A stretch of DNA of 64,000 nt from Octopus bimaculoides (lineage: Eukaryota), in contig NC_068994.1 of NCBI RefSeq assembly GCF_001194135.2, positions 53,517,845-53,581,844 of the forward strand, given 5' to 3'. The notes under the pieces were generated by a model. It saw nothing but the letters and a program-made list of their open reading frames with translations. It searched no databases and was not told the origin of the DNA. Below, piece after piece: positions 63,560 to 64,000 of the stretch; positions within the stretch are counted from its first letter, which is position 1, and every line of letters starts with the position of its first letter. The translations under genes were made by a program, and so were the position numbers.

Positions 63560-63995
63560 AAAGTGTTAGAAGTGCTGATCTCTGACTGTGGAGGGAACCT
63601 GTGGAAGAGGTAAATCCAAGAAGACATGGGTTCAGGTGGTAAAATATGATCTTTGGATGCTGAGTCTCATGGAGGCAATGAGAAGTGGTTGAGACTCTCA
63701 GCAATTTGCTGTGTTTAAGAAGACATGTCAAGCTAAGTGAAATTGTAGTCATGGCCAGTATCAATGACATGTAAAAAGACACCCATGCTGATGACACATA
63801 AAAGGCATCCATACTAGTGACACATAAAAGACACCAAGTACACTCTGTGGAGTGGTTGACTTTAGGAAGGACATCCAGCCATAGAAACCATGCTAAAACA
63901 GACTGGAGCTTGGTGCAGTTTACTAGTTCCAGTCAAGCCATCTAACCCATGTCAGCATGGAAAACGAATGCTAAATGATGATGATGATGATGATA
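63560..63995 (+). mobile_element. RTE-like LINE 3' end with common tail and (GAT)n
   Basis: gtggagggaacctgtggaagagg matches the reverse complement of 27265-27290; tail module follows. Confidence 0.75.
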
Positions 63996-64000
63996 AAGGA

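Overview
AT-rich, microsatellite-dense animal genomic DNA with seven N-gaps. The SINE/LINE landscape and gene content suggest a coleoid cephalopod, probably Octopus (inference). Three protein-coding genes could be reconstructed by hand with GT-AG boundaries and consistent phases. (1) A FAM184-family coiled-coil gene on the minus strand: ATG at 43804, 8 exons recovered down to 5106, an expected N-terminal block not found (probably in a gap), 3' part off-window. (2) A two-exon class A GPCR of the FMRFamide/sex-peptide-receptor-like type (7718-11866, +), nested antisense inside a 10.3-kb FAM184 intron. (3) A complete 11-exon syntaxin-18 (49701-62396, +), head-to-head with FAM184. The rest is decayed RTE, CR1-like and R4/Dong LINE fragments, tRNA-derived SINEs, MITEs and simple repeats. 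The best leads are the nested atypical GPCR, a 626-bp TIR element with an 8-bp TSD that carries (CCCTAA)5 inside an internal hairpin and sits in an RTE LINE, LINEs with extra zinc-binding modules, a pre-miRNA-sized hairpin, and candidate alternative promoter and micro-exons. All alignments and family assignments were made by eye from recalled family knowledge; no database search was run.
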